From a virus, in IMG/VR virus record IMGVR_UViG_3300045988_101358, positions 1-53,847 of that record: DNA of 53,847 bases; one strand, written 5' to 3'. The notes beneath the pieces are model-generated. The model searched no databases. It was not told where the DNA came from and saw only the letters and a list, made by a program, of their open reading frames with translations. Positions 1 through 6,251 of the stretch are shown here, in pieces. Both the position numbers and the translations under genes were made by a program. Position 1 is the stretch's first letter. Each line of letters opens with the position of its first letter.

Positions 1-141
1 ACCTGATTGCTCAAATGTCTACGATGATCGATGATAATACTGCCGGACAGTTCCCTGGTCTGTTCGAGACATTCGAAGAAGGCAATAAATATCCGGCCAA
101 GACCATCGTTCGCTACAAGACCGGTCTGTATCGTGTTATTC
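1..141. repeat. Terminal direct repeat identical to 53707-53847. Assembly overlap of a circular or terminally redundant genome; unit length 53,706 bp.
   Basis: Both ends read acctgattgctcaaatgtctacgatg...ggtctgtatcgtgttattc. Compared base by base. Confidence 0.95.
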
Positions 142-401
142 AGGACGTTCCTGAGAACACGGATGGAACCCCGGACTCTCTGGACGGAACATATTTCGAA
201 CGTATCGAACGTCCGGATCTCATGGATCCAGATGAGAATATGAACAATAACGACGTATATTCCTGGCTCTCTCCGGCCAAGATCGATCAGACCTATTCCG
301 AAGGCGATATCGTTTTGTGGAAGGGCTCTAAGTGGCGTTCTGACCGGAACTATAACGCCTTCGAACCTGGTGTTCAGGGTTGGACCGAATATACCGATTG
401 A
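1..401 (+). CDS. 3' portion of the wrap-around tail-fibre-like gene. The C-terminus has CBM5/12-like aromatic repeats.
   Basis: Same frame as 53361 (53706 is divisible by 3). YSEGDIVLWKGSKWRSDRNYNAFEPGVQGWTEY and YPAKTIVRYKTGLYRV resemble carbohydrate-binding CBM5/12 motifs. Lies in the fibre block. Confidence 0.6.
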   Translation, partial: LIAQMSTMIDDNTAGQFPGLFETFEEGNKYPAKTIVRYKTGLYRVIQDVPENTDGTPDSLDGTYFERIERPDLMDPDENMNNNDVYSWLSPAKIDQTYSEGDIVLWKGSKWRSDRNYNAFEPGVQGWTEYTD

Positions 402-421
402 TATTTTAGTAAGGAGTCACC

Positions 422-604
422 ATGGCCCGTATCAACTCATATCCCAAAGCATCATCCATGAATAATGATGATGTTCTTATCATTGATGGAGCCACTGCTG
501 GTACTCGTACGGTGACTCCTCTCACATTGGTATCGAAAGTGGCTGAACCTATTACCAACGACCAGATCGATCAGATGTTTGAGAATCTTAAAGCTAATCA
601 GTAA
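422..604 (+). CDS. Small tail-module protein (60 aa), function unknown.
   Basis: taaggagtcacc-ATG. Tightly packed between fibre genes. Confidence 0.55.
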   Translation: MARINSYPKASSMNNDDVLIIDGATAGTRTVTPLTLVSKVAEPITNDQIDQMFENLKANQ

Positions 605-619
605 ACTAAGGAGTTTCCT

Positions 620-1060
620 ATGGTTGATTTTCTTGGCAGGGGGGGGGTCTCCCACCTAATCACTAAGATGCTCGACACCGTATATCCGGTGAATAGCATT
701 TATATTTCTCTTGATTCTACCTCCCCGGCCTCTCTGTATGGAGGTACGTGGGAGCGCTTCGGTAAAGGCAAGACGCTGGTTGGCGTAGACGAAGCCGATA
801 CCGATTTCGAAACTGCCGGTCTCACCGGTGGGGAGAAGAAACATACGTTGACAAGTGCGGAGATTCCAGTCATTTCTGGAAGATTCGTACAGCAATCAAG
901 CCATGACTATGGCCTGAGTCTTGTTGTTCGTGGACTTGTTAATGGCGCGGACACGCGATATATGGGAATCGGTCCTATTGTACCTGATGGTACTCACGAC
1001 CAAGGACATAACAACATTCAGCCGTATGTGTCAGTCTATATATGGAAGAGGGTCAGCTGA
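620..1060 (+). CDS. Tail-collar-like fibre/baseplate protein, paralogue 1 (current orientation of switch 1).
   Basis: RBS aaggag. MVDFLGRGGVSHLITKMLDTVYPVNSIYISLDSTSPASLYGGTWERFGKGKTLVGV...GLTGGEKKHTLT matches the Gram-positive phage tail-collar/baseplate pattern. C-terminus is NNIQPYVSVYIWKRVS. Confidence 0.75.
   Translation: MVDFLGRGGVSHLITKMLDTVYPVNSIYISLDSTSPASLYGGTWERFGKGKTLVGVDEADTDFETAGLTGGEKKHTLTSAEIPVISGRFVQQSSHDYGLSLVVRGLVNGADTRYMGIGPIVPDGTHDQGHNNIQPYVSVYIWKRVS
639..647 (+). repeat. Poly-G tract (G9) at codons 7-10 of paralogue 1; currently in frame.
   Basis: ggc agg ggg ggg gtc, counted directly. Confidence 0.9.
818..852. repeat. Left arm of the perfect 35-bp inverted repeat of switch 1, inside the paralogue 1 coding sequence.
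   Basis: ggtctcaccggtggggagaagaaacatacgttgac equals the reverse complement of 1267-1301. Confidence 0.95.
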
Positions 1061-1266
1061 CTCGTTTCCAGATATACACACTCACGAATGGTTGAAGATT
1101 GTTATGAGGCTGCCCACCGCCTGCGGCGTTAATATGGCGTGTATCATCCCACCAAGCCTTGTTATAAGATGGTGAAATAAACCACAGAACATTATATCTG
1201 GTGTCTTGAGTTCCATCCTGATACCCAACATGTAATCCATGATTGTGTTTGGGCATTTCGGCTATA
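1053..1266 (-). other. Silent (start-less) alternative C-terminal cassette for paralogue 1.
   Basis: Minus-strand frame is open through the repeat: ...EYHGLTGGEKKHTLT|IAEMPKHNHGLHVGYQDG...GGGQPHNNLQPFVSVYIWKRVS*. No ATG or RBS of its own. Exactly in phase with the repeat (1+3n nt). Carries the canonical collar motif LT-IAEMPKHNHG. Confidence 0.8.
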
Positions 1267-1301
1267 GTCAACGTATGTTTCTTCTCCCCACCGGTGAGAC
1301 C
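1267..1301. repeat. Right arm of the 35-bp inverted repeat of switch 1.
   Basis: gtcaacgtatgtttcttctccccaccggtgagacc is the reverse complement of 818-852. Confidence 0.95.
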
Positions 1302-1341
1302 ATGATATTCCGAAAGGATCCTATTATGGTATCATTTCTCG

Positions 1342-1854
1342 ATGGGGGGTACTTCTCATCTGATTTCTAAGCTTCTCGACACTATATACCCCGTCGGAAG
1401 CATTTATATGTCCGTGAATGACACCAGTCCTGCTGCGATATTTGGCGGTACGTGGGAGCGCTTCGCCAATGGTCGAACGTTGATGGGTGTTAATTCTGCG
1501 GATAAGGATTTTAGTACCCCTGCTCACACCGGAGGTGCTAAGGAAGTTACACATGCGCATCACACTCCGTTCGGTTCAGAACAGGGTGCCAACCAATCAT
1601 GGAGCGCCATGTGGGATCATCGTGGCTCGACCAAGGTTTCCGCCTATGTGGATAACAAAGTCAAGATTAAGAACGGATATACGAACGAACTATATTTCGA
1701 AACGTATGCCGTCAAATCGCCATATCATTTCTATGTTATGGATGGCGAAACCAGTGATAGCAATGCTACTGCAACGATCGGTGCGACATATTCCACTACC
1801 ATGCCAATTCTTCCACCCTATATCACCGTTTATATTTGGCAGCGTCTCAGCTAA
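1342..1854 (+). CDS. Tail-collar-like fibre protein, paralogue 2. Its natural start (ATG 1326, good RBS) is out of frame because of a G6 tract.
   Basis: cgaaaggatcctatt-ATG(1326) encodes MVSFLDGG, then stops at 1368. The long frame starts at ATG 1342 inside the tract: MGGTSHLISKLLDTIYPVGSIYMSVNDTSPAAIFGGTWERF...YITVYIWQRLS. Homologous to paralogues 1 and 3. Confidence 0.7.
   Translation: MGGTSHLISKLLDTIYPVGSIYMSVNDTSPAAIFGGTWERFANGRTLMGVNSADKDFSTPAHTGGAKEVTHAHHTPFGSEQGANQSWSAMWDHRGSTKVSAYVDNKVKIKNGYTNELYFETYAVKSPYHFYVMDGETSDSNATATIGATYSTTMPILPPYITVYIWQRLS
1344..1349 (+). repeat. Poly-G tract (G6) at the position homologous to the G9 tract of paralogue 1. G5 or G8 would join ATG 1326 to the long frame.
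   Basis: gat gggggg tact, counted directly. Confidence 0.9.
1522..1552. repeat. Left arm of the perfect 31-bp inverted repeat of switch 2, inside the paralogue 2 coding sequence.
   Basis: gctcacaccggaggtgctaaggaagttacac equals the reverse complement of 2053-2083. Encodes AHTGGAKEVT. Confidence 0.95.
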
Positions 1855-2052
1855 CTCTTTGCCAGATATAAACAATATAGTACGGCGGGAGAATGCGAAT
1901 CGGATCGCCGCCTCCGGTATCCTTAGTCGTGGTAACGTTTACTCCGGTAGAATCTGGCGCTGAGGCTTCTGCCTTAGGGCCATATCCTGCCTGATGCCCT
2001 CCGGACCACACAGACATACTGTGAGAGTGCGGAGGAAGCTGAGAAACGGTTA
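1847..2052 (-). other. Silent (start-less) alternative C-terminal cassette for paralogue 2.
   Basis: My translation of the reverse complement, in phase with the repeat (2+3n nt): (EVT)LTVSQLPPHSHSMSVWSGGHQAGYGPKAEASAPDSTGVNVTTTKDTGGGDPIRILPPYYIVYIWQRVS*. It has no internal stop and no start codon, so it is absent from the ORF track. Confidence 0.8.
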
Positions 2053-2083
2053 GTGTAACTTCCTTAGCACCTCCGGTGTGAGC
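2053..2083. repeat. Right arm of the 31-bp inverted repeat of switch 2.
   Basis: gtgtaacttccttagcacctccggtgtgagc is the reverse complement of 1522-1552. Confidence 0.95.
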
Positions 2084-2102
2084 TTATCAGAAGGACATTC
2101 TT

Positions 2103-2564
2103 ATGGTAAATTTTCTCGACAATGCCGGAACTCAACATTTCATCACAAAACTGCTCGATACGGTATATCCGGTTAGTAGCATTTATATCACCACTAGCGA
2201 TACCTCTCCTGCGAGTTTCCTTGGAGGCTCCTGGGAGAGGTATGCTAAAGGTCGTACATTAATTGGTGTGAATGAAAAGGACAAGGATTTTATAGATGCG
2301 ACTCATTCCGGTGGTAGCAAGACTCAGATCGTAGATGGTGGGGCCTTCAGGGCTCATATTGCCTTTAATTCTGCTGGACGTTTCTGGTTCCAACAGGATG
2401 AATCGACAGAGCCCTGGAATAGCACATCATCTGTGGATAATGTTAGATATGACTGGAACACTGGGACATGGGGAACTAAAACAGGCATCCGCATATCCAA
2501 CAAACAGACCCTTAATAATCTCCCTCCATTCCAAACAGTCTATATTTGGCGAAGGATCGCGTAA
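2103..2564 (+). CDS. Tail-collar-like fibre protein, paralogue 3. No poly-G tract and no inverted cassette.
   Basis: RBS gaagga. MVNFLDNAGTQHFITKLLDTVYPVSSIYITTSDTSPASFLGGSWERY...PPFQTVYIWRRIA. Confidence 0.75.
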   Translation: MVNFLDNAGTQHFITKLLDTVYPVSSIYITTSDTSPASFLGGSWERYAKGRTLIGVNEKDKDFIDATHSGGSKTQIVDGGAFRAHIAFNSAGRFWFQQDESTEPWNSTSSVDNVRYDWNTGTWGTKTGIRISNKQTLNNLPPFQTVYIWRRIA

Positions 2565-2580
2565 CGAAAGACAGGAAATA

Positions 2581-2931
2581 GTGTCACCTCAGATGTCAAT
2601 GATGGTTACAATATTATGTTCCGTATTAGGCTCATCTGGCATCTGGGGATGCCTTCAGTATTTGTTGAACAGGCATAATTCCGATCGTGATCTCGTCGTG
2701 GGTCTCGCCCATGTACGAATCACGGAATTGGCTCTGAAATACCTCGATCGTGGGTATATCATGAAATCGGAGTATGATGAGTTATACCACTACCTCTTCG
2801 AACCATATTGTCGTGCAGGTGGCAATGGAACATGCGCCGAGCTCATGGAACGGGTGACCAATGAACTCAAGATCTATGATTCACCCTCTCAAATCCCAAA
2901 GGAGTTACTCGAACATGACGAATCCGAATGA
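2581..2931 (+). CDS. Membrane-anchored protein upstream of the holin, function unknown.
   Basis: GTG 2581 lies 8 nt after gaaagac (ATG 2593 is an alternative start). N-terminal hydrophobic MMVTILCSVLGSSGIWGCLQYLL. The long ORF-track N-terminus (2335) overlaps paralogue 3 and is rejected. Confidence 0.55.
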   Translation: MSPQMSMMVTILCSVLGSSGIWGCLQYLLNRHNSDRDLVVGLAHVRITELALKYLDRGYIMKSEYDELYHYLFEPYCRAGGNGTCAELMERVTNELKIYDSPSQIPKELLEHDESE

Positions 2932-3364
2932 TATTCCGACACCGGTTCTGGACGCACAGACCGATAAGGTGAATGACTCTGCGCAGGAAACCGTTTCTGC
3001 ATCGACTGTCGCCCCTTCCGATATGGTCCAGAGTCTGCTGTCTTCAAAGCAGTACAACATTCTCAAGTGGGTGGTCATTATCGTGCTGCCCGCGATCACT
3101 ACCGTTTACGGCACGTTCTCGAATATCTGGGGATGGCCGTACGGTGATCAGATCGTGGCATCGTTCTCCGCTATTACGTTGTTCCTGGGTATCATCATTG
3201 GCGTGTCCACGAGCTCTTATAATATGTCTTCGGCAGGTCCATCCGGTACTCTGGTAGTGGACCGTACTGATGCGAATACCCAGACATATTTGGCGTTTAA
3301 CCAAGATCCGAAGACCATTGCTGATGGTAGCCAGATCACCCTCAACGTAAAGCATGTCAAATAG
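2915..3364 (+). CDS. Holin, Dp-1-like family.
   Basis: aaaggag upstream. KQYNILKWVVIIVLPAITTVYGTFSNIWGWPYGDQIVASFSAITLFLGIIIGVSTSSY matches my recollection of the Dp-1 holin pattern (two TM helices). Confidence 0.6.
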   Translation: MTNPNDIPTPVLDAQTDKVNDSAQETVSASTVAPSDMVQSLLSSKQYNILKWVVIIVLPAITTVYGTFSNIWGWPYGDQIVASFSAITLFLGIIIGVSTSSYNMSSAGPSGTLVVDRTDANTQTYLAFNQDPKTIADGSQITLNVKHVK

Positions 3365-3366
3365 TA

Positions 3367-3392
3367 CGCGATATTTACAACTTCCTTAATGG
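3367..3392 (+). promoter_or_regulatory. Copy 1 of the conserved 26-nt intergenic motif CGCGAR-AWWWACAA-N5-TTAATGA.
   Basis: cgcgat atttacaa cttcc ttaatgg. Confidence 0.5.
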
Positions 3393-3419
3393 TACACAAT
3401 CAAACGAAAGGAACACATT

Positions 3420-3812
3420 ATGGGAGAGTCCAACGAAAACGTATTGACGCTGGATGATGTGAAACAGGATCTGTATACCCAGATCAAGGCAATGGATGCT
3501 AGCACTGATGGCTACACCAATGCTGTGAACAACCTCAAGACGGTTGCGGAAATCGAAAAGATTGACCAAGAGACTGATGCCGCAAGGGCGCAGTCCGATA
3601 TGGCTATCGAAGATCATGAGATCGAAGTTGGCCGTAAGGATGAACCTAAGCGTGCTGATGTCTTTGGCGCGATCAAGTCGATCGATCCGAGAATCGTCCA
3701 GACGGTCATCACAGCGGCGACGCAGCTTGTAGCGCTGAGCACTGTTGTAAGGCTGGAAAACGCAGGTCAGATGGTTCACACCAAAGGTATCAATTGGTTA
3801 CCGAGGATCTGA
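3420..3812 (+). CDS. Hypothetical protein (130 aa).
   Basis: cgaaaggaacacatt-ATG. Confidence 0.65.
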   Translation: MGESNENVLTLDDVKQDLYTQIKAMDASTDGYTNAVNNLKTVAEIEKIDQETDAARAQSDMAIEDHEIEVGRKDEPKRADVFGAIKSIDPRIVQTVITAATQLVALSTVVRLENAGQMVHTKGINWLPRI

Positions 3813-3842
3813 TATGATGCACCACTAGGTGTGTTGTAGTAC

Positions 3843-3887
3843 GAAAGGAAAGTCGCGTTATATTCACGTGGCTTTCCTTTTTCGTTT
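3843..3887 (+). terminator. Hairpin plus T-run (intrinsic terminator candidate).
   Basis: gaaaggaaag...ctttcctttt followed by tcgttt. Confidence 0.45.
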
Positions 3888-3913
3888 CGCGAAATTTACA
3901 ATCATCTTAATGA
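3888..3913 (+). promoter_or_regulatory. Copy 2 of the 26-nt motif. Here it coincides with a sigma70-like promoter.
   Basis: cgcgaa atttacaa tcatc ttaatga. TTTACA (3895-3900), 17 nt, then TATAAT (3918-3923). Confidence 0.55.
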
Positions 3914-3942
3914 TAAGTATAATATCTATGAAAGGATATCTG

Positions 3943-4206
3943 ATGGAGTACACTGATAACGACTACACTAGGGACTTCTTGATTTCGACTGGTCTCACTA
4001 TCATCACCATGATCGCATGGCTCGACGACATTGTAAAAGCTCTCTCGAGCAAGCGCTATGTACGCGCTGCTGGAGGGTTCTTTGGAATGCTGGTGAGCTT
4101 TGCGGTATGGGTGGTGTCAATTGCCTCCAGTTATGAACTGAAGAAACTCTGCGAGTCCGAATCAGATGATGAATCTGAGAATACTGAAAAGATTGAAGAG
4201 ATCTAA
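3943..4206 (+). CDS. Small membrane protein (87 aa, two hydrophobic segments, acidic tail).
   Basis: tgaaaggatatctg-ATG. MEYTDNDYTRDFLISTGLTIITMIAW...FFGMLVSFAVWVVSIA. Confidence 0.65.
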   Translation: MEYTDNDYTRDFLISTGLTIITMIAWLDDIVKALSSKRYVRAAGGFFGMLVSFAVWVVSIASSYELKKLCESESDDESENTEKIEEI

Positions 4207-4209
4207 CTG

Positions 4210-4255
4210 AAAAGGATTGATGCATATTTGCATTGATCCTTTTCTTTTATTTTTG
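4210..4255 (+). terminator. Intrinsic terminator candidate.
   Basis: aaaaggattgatgca...tgcattgatcctttt followed by cttttattttt. Confidence 0.6.
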
Positions 4256-4267
4256 AGAGGAGAAGCC

Positions 4268-4624
4268 ATGGAGTATGTTATCCTGACTATGGCGTTATTA
4301 TTGGTTGGATGGATTGCTTCAAGAGCCGATAAATTCAAATTATCGTCTTCTGTCTATATTGCCGAAGAGGATGATGGATGGGTTGTGTATTCCAGGACTT
4401 TGGATTCCATCATATATTTCGTCGATAAATGGAATGATAATCTGGACATGTACGGGGAGGTCACGCTGTATGATTTCCCTGGTGTGTACTGGAATCAGCC
4501 TGTGTATAAAGTAGATATTGACGGACGCCCACCTCATGAGAACGGTTATATTTACAAACTACATCTCCCAGAAGTCAGTGATGACTTGGGATATAGGAGA
4601 GTATTAAAGAAAAATGAAAATTAA
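4268..4624 (+). CDS. Membrane-anchored hypothetical protein (118 aa).
   Basis: gagaggagaagcc-ATG. MEYVILTMALLLVGWIASR. Confidence 0.6.
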   Translation: MEYVILTMALLLVGWIASRADKFKLSSSVYIAEEDDGWVVYSRTLDSIIYFVDKWNDNLDMYGEVTLYDFPGVYWNQPVYKVDIDGRPPHENGYIYKLHLPEVSDDLGYRRVLKKNEN

Positions 4625-5066
4625 TGATAAAATAAAGACGATTATAGAATGGATTTTGATTGGCGTGCTTGGTGTCATATTTAGTGCCACCATGATATTT
4701 AGCGTATGGTGGAGTATTACGCAAGATCCTGATACTATCGATACAACGCCTGTCGAGATTGTCGGAACCTATGAAGTGCGAGATCTTCATGATGAAAGCA
4801 TTCCTGCCAATATCAAAGTCATTGCAATATATCTCAACGATAACCCTAAGGAACGCTTATACTGGTATGGCACTCTGAATATAGATGCATGCAAAGCCGG
4901 AGATTCATGGACCTCTACAGCATACAATACGTCGGATGAAAAACATAAGCAGTTTGAGTGCTATCCCGATACCGGCGAAATTGGTTTTTATATGAAGAAA
5001 GGAGATACCAAAGTATTCGTCAAAGTCGAACCTGAGCATAGTTCGCGAAATTTACAATGTAGTTAA
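4614..5066 (+). CDS. Membrane-anchored hypothetical protein (150 aa).
   Basis: N-terminal TM segment IIEWILIGVLGVIFSATMIFSVWW. Overlaps the previous stop. Confidence 0.6.
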   Translation: MKINDKIKTIIEWILIGVLGVIFSATMIFSVWWSITQDPDTIDTTPVEIVGTYEVRDLHDESIPANIKVIAIYLNDNPKERLYWYGTLNIDACKAGDSWTSTAYNTSDEKHKQFECYPDTGEIGFYMKKGDTKVFVKVEPEHSSRNLQCS

Positions 5067-5069
5067 TGA
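5044..5069 (+). promoter_or_regulatory. Copy 3 of the 26-nt motif.
   Basis: cgcgaa atttacaa tgtag ttaatga. TTTACA, 17 nt, then TATATT (5074-5079). Confidence 0.5.
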
Positions 5070-5176
5070 GAAGTATATTATCTATAGCATTAGTGGATCA
5101 ATGCGCTCGGAAACGAGAGATCGTCGGTTCGAAGCCGACAGTTTATACTTCTATAATTTTTGGCCAAATCAATGGC

Positions 5177-5202
5177 CGCGAAATTTACAACCCACTTAAT
5201 GA
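5177..5202 (+). promoter_or_regulatory. Copy 4 of the 26-nt motif.
   Basis: cgcgaa atttacaa cccac ttaatga. Confidence 0.5.
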
Positions 5203-5222
5203 AATCTATGAAAGGAGACATT

Positions 5223-5447
5223 ATGTGGGAAGATAGACTTGGATGCTGGTTGGCCGGAATCGGAATCGATCCGTACACATTCTTCACGATCGTATTACTC
5301 GTATGCATAACTGCATTATGCGTATTGGCATATTCGATTGGAAAGGATTCTGTACAGAAAGAAACTCCGAAATCTCAGCCTAAACCGGAACCTAAGGTCA
5401 TTGTCTACCCTCCGGATTGCTTCTATGATCAAGAAAAAGACAAGTAA
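5223..5447 (+). CDS. Small membrane protein (74 aa).
   Basis: gaaaggagacatt-ATG. FFTIVLLVCITALCVLAYSI. Confidence 0.65.
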   Translation: MWEDRLGCWLAGIGIDPYTFFTIVLLVCITALCVLAYSIGKDSVQKETPKSQPKPEPKVIVYPPDCFYDQEKDK

Positions 5448-5451
5448 ACAC

Positions 5452-5491
5452 AAGCCGATTGGCGCGAAAAGCGCTGGTCGGCTTATTCTTT
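5452..5491 (+). terminator. Intrinsic terminator.
   Basis: aagccgattggcgc gaaaa gcgctggtcggctt (14-bp stem including G-U pairs) followed by attcttt. Confidence 0.7.
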
Positions 5492-5506
5492 GAAAGGAAT
5501 TATATT

Positions 5507-5692
5507 ATGAACATCACTGGAACTCAAATCACCGTCTGCGCAGCAGTAGTTGGCATAGTAGCTATCATCGGAGGAGCTGTATACACACTAGGATATGATA
5601 ACGGATATAATAGTGGTATAGATGCAGTCGTTCAAATCAATAGACGTGCTATCGCAGAATTCAATGGTGTATTTGCCAAGAAGGAAAGCTGA
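5507..5692 (+). CDS. Small membrane protein (61 aa).
   Basis: tttgaaaggaattatatt-ATG. VCAAVVGIVAIIGGAVYTLG. Confidence 0.65.
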   Translation: MNITGTQITVCAAVVGIVAIIGGAVYTLGYDNGYNSGIDAVVQINRRAIAEFNGVFAKKES

Positions 5693-5700
5693 ATCATATT

Positions 5701-5907
5701 ATGAATAAATATAAGGCGCATGAAATCCGTATGTGGATTCAAAACATCATTATCCCCGCTGTAGGCATTGGCGCATATGTTCTGAGTCAACATCCAGAAC
5801 TCCTTGACAAGTTCAAAAACGTAGTGACATTTGAATCCATTAAGGAAGAAAATGACCCGCTTACGTTAAGCAAGAAATTCAACAACCCATTCAAGAAGGA
5901 GAACTGA
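5701..5907 (+). CDS. Small membrane protein (68 aa).
   Basis: IRMWIQNIIIPAVGIGAYVLS. Tight packing. Confidence 0.55.
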   Translation: MNKYKAHEIRMWIQNIIIPAVGIGAYVLSQHPELLDKFKNVVTFESIKEENDPLTLSKKFNNPFKKEN

Positions 5908-5910
5908 GCA

Positions 5911-6195
5911 ATGACTGCTCTCTTTGGAAAGGACAATAAAATGACTGTCGAGCATAAGCTGGACCCAGAGTCCATTGAAGAGTCCGTCGACACACTGAAG
6001 GCGGCTTCTAAGAAGAAGGTTCAAGATACTGTCGAGAATGCAACTTCAGATAGGAATGTGAACCGATTCCTCGTATTCACCTTCGGAGTACTCGCTGGTA
6101 TGGCAATCGCGAATACCATGAACGCACGGAGGCCCATTCAGGTTAACGTGCTCCCTACCTCACAAATACCTATGGCTATGTGGGGTAACCACTGA
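5911..6195 (+). CDS. Small protein with a C-terminal TM segment (94 aa).
   Basis: aaggagaactgagca-ATG. FLVFTFGVLAGMAIANTM. Confidence 0.6.
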   Translation: MTALFGKDNKMTVEHKLDPESIEESVDTLKAASKKKVQDTVENATSDRNVNRFLVFTFGVLAGMAIANTMNARRPIQVNVLPTSQIPMAMWGNH

Positions 6196-6204
6196 ATCAT
6201 ATTT

Positions 6205-6237
6205 AGGCCCTGATTTGCACTCAGGGCCTTTATCTTT
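6205..6237 (+). terminator. Intrinsic terminator.
   Basis: aggccctga tttgcac tcagggcct followed by ttatcttt. Confidence 0.7.
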
Positions 6238-6251
6238 GAAAGGATGCAAAC

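Noticed and set aside
1326-1370. 14-codon ORF MVSFLDGGYFSSDF as a separate leader peptide.
   Set aside because: Its sequence is colinear with the N-termini of paralogues 1 and 3 up to the G tract. It is therefore the displaced true start of paralogue 2, not an independent gene.
2335-2931. 198-aa ORF extending upstream over paralogue 3.
   Set aside because: Its first ~80 codons overlap 2103-2564 in another frame. A start at GTG 2581 or ATG 2593, downstream of the paralogue 3 stop, is more plausible.
5123-5139. tRNA-like T-arm (gtcgg-ttcgaag-ccgac) suggesting a tRNA gene.
   Set aside because: The 3' side of the T-stem is not followed by an acceptor strand. I could build no 7-bp acceptor stem, D-arm or 7-nt anticodon loop (the neighbouring hairpin has a GAAA tetraloop). 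Kept only as part of a possible structured RNA.
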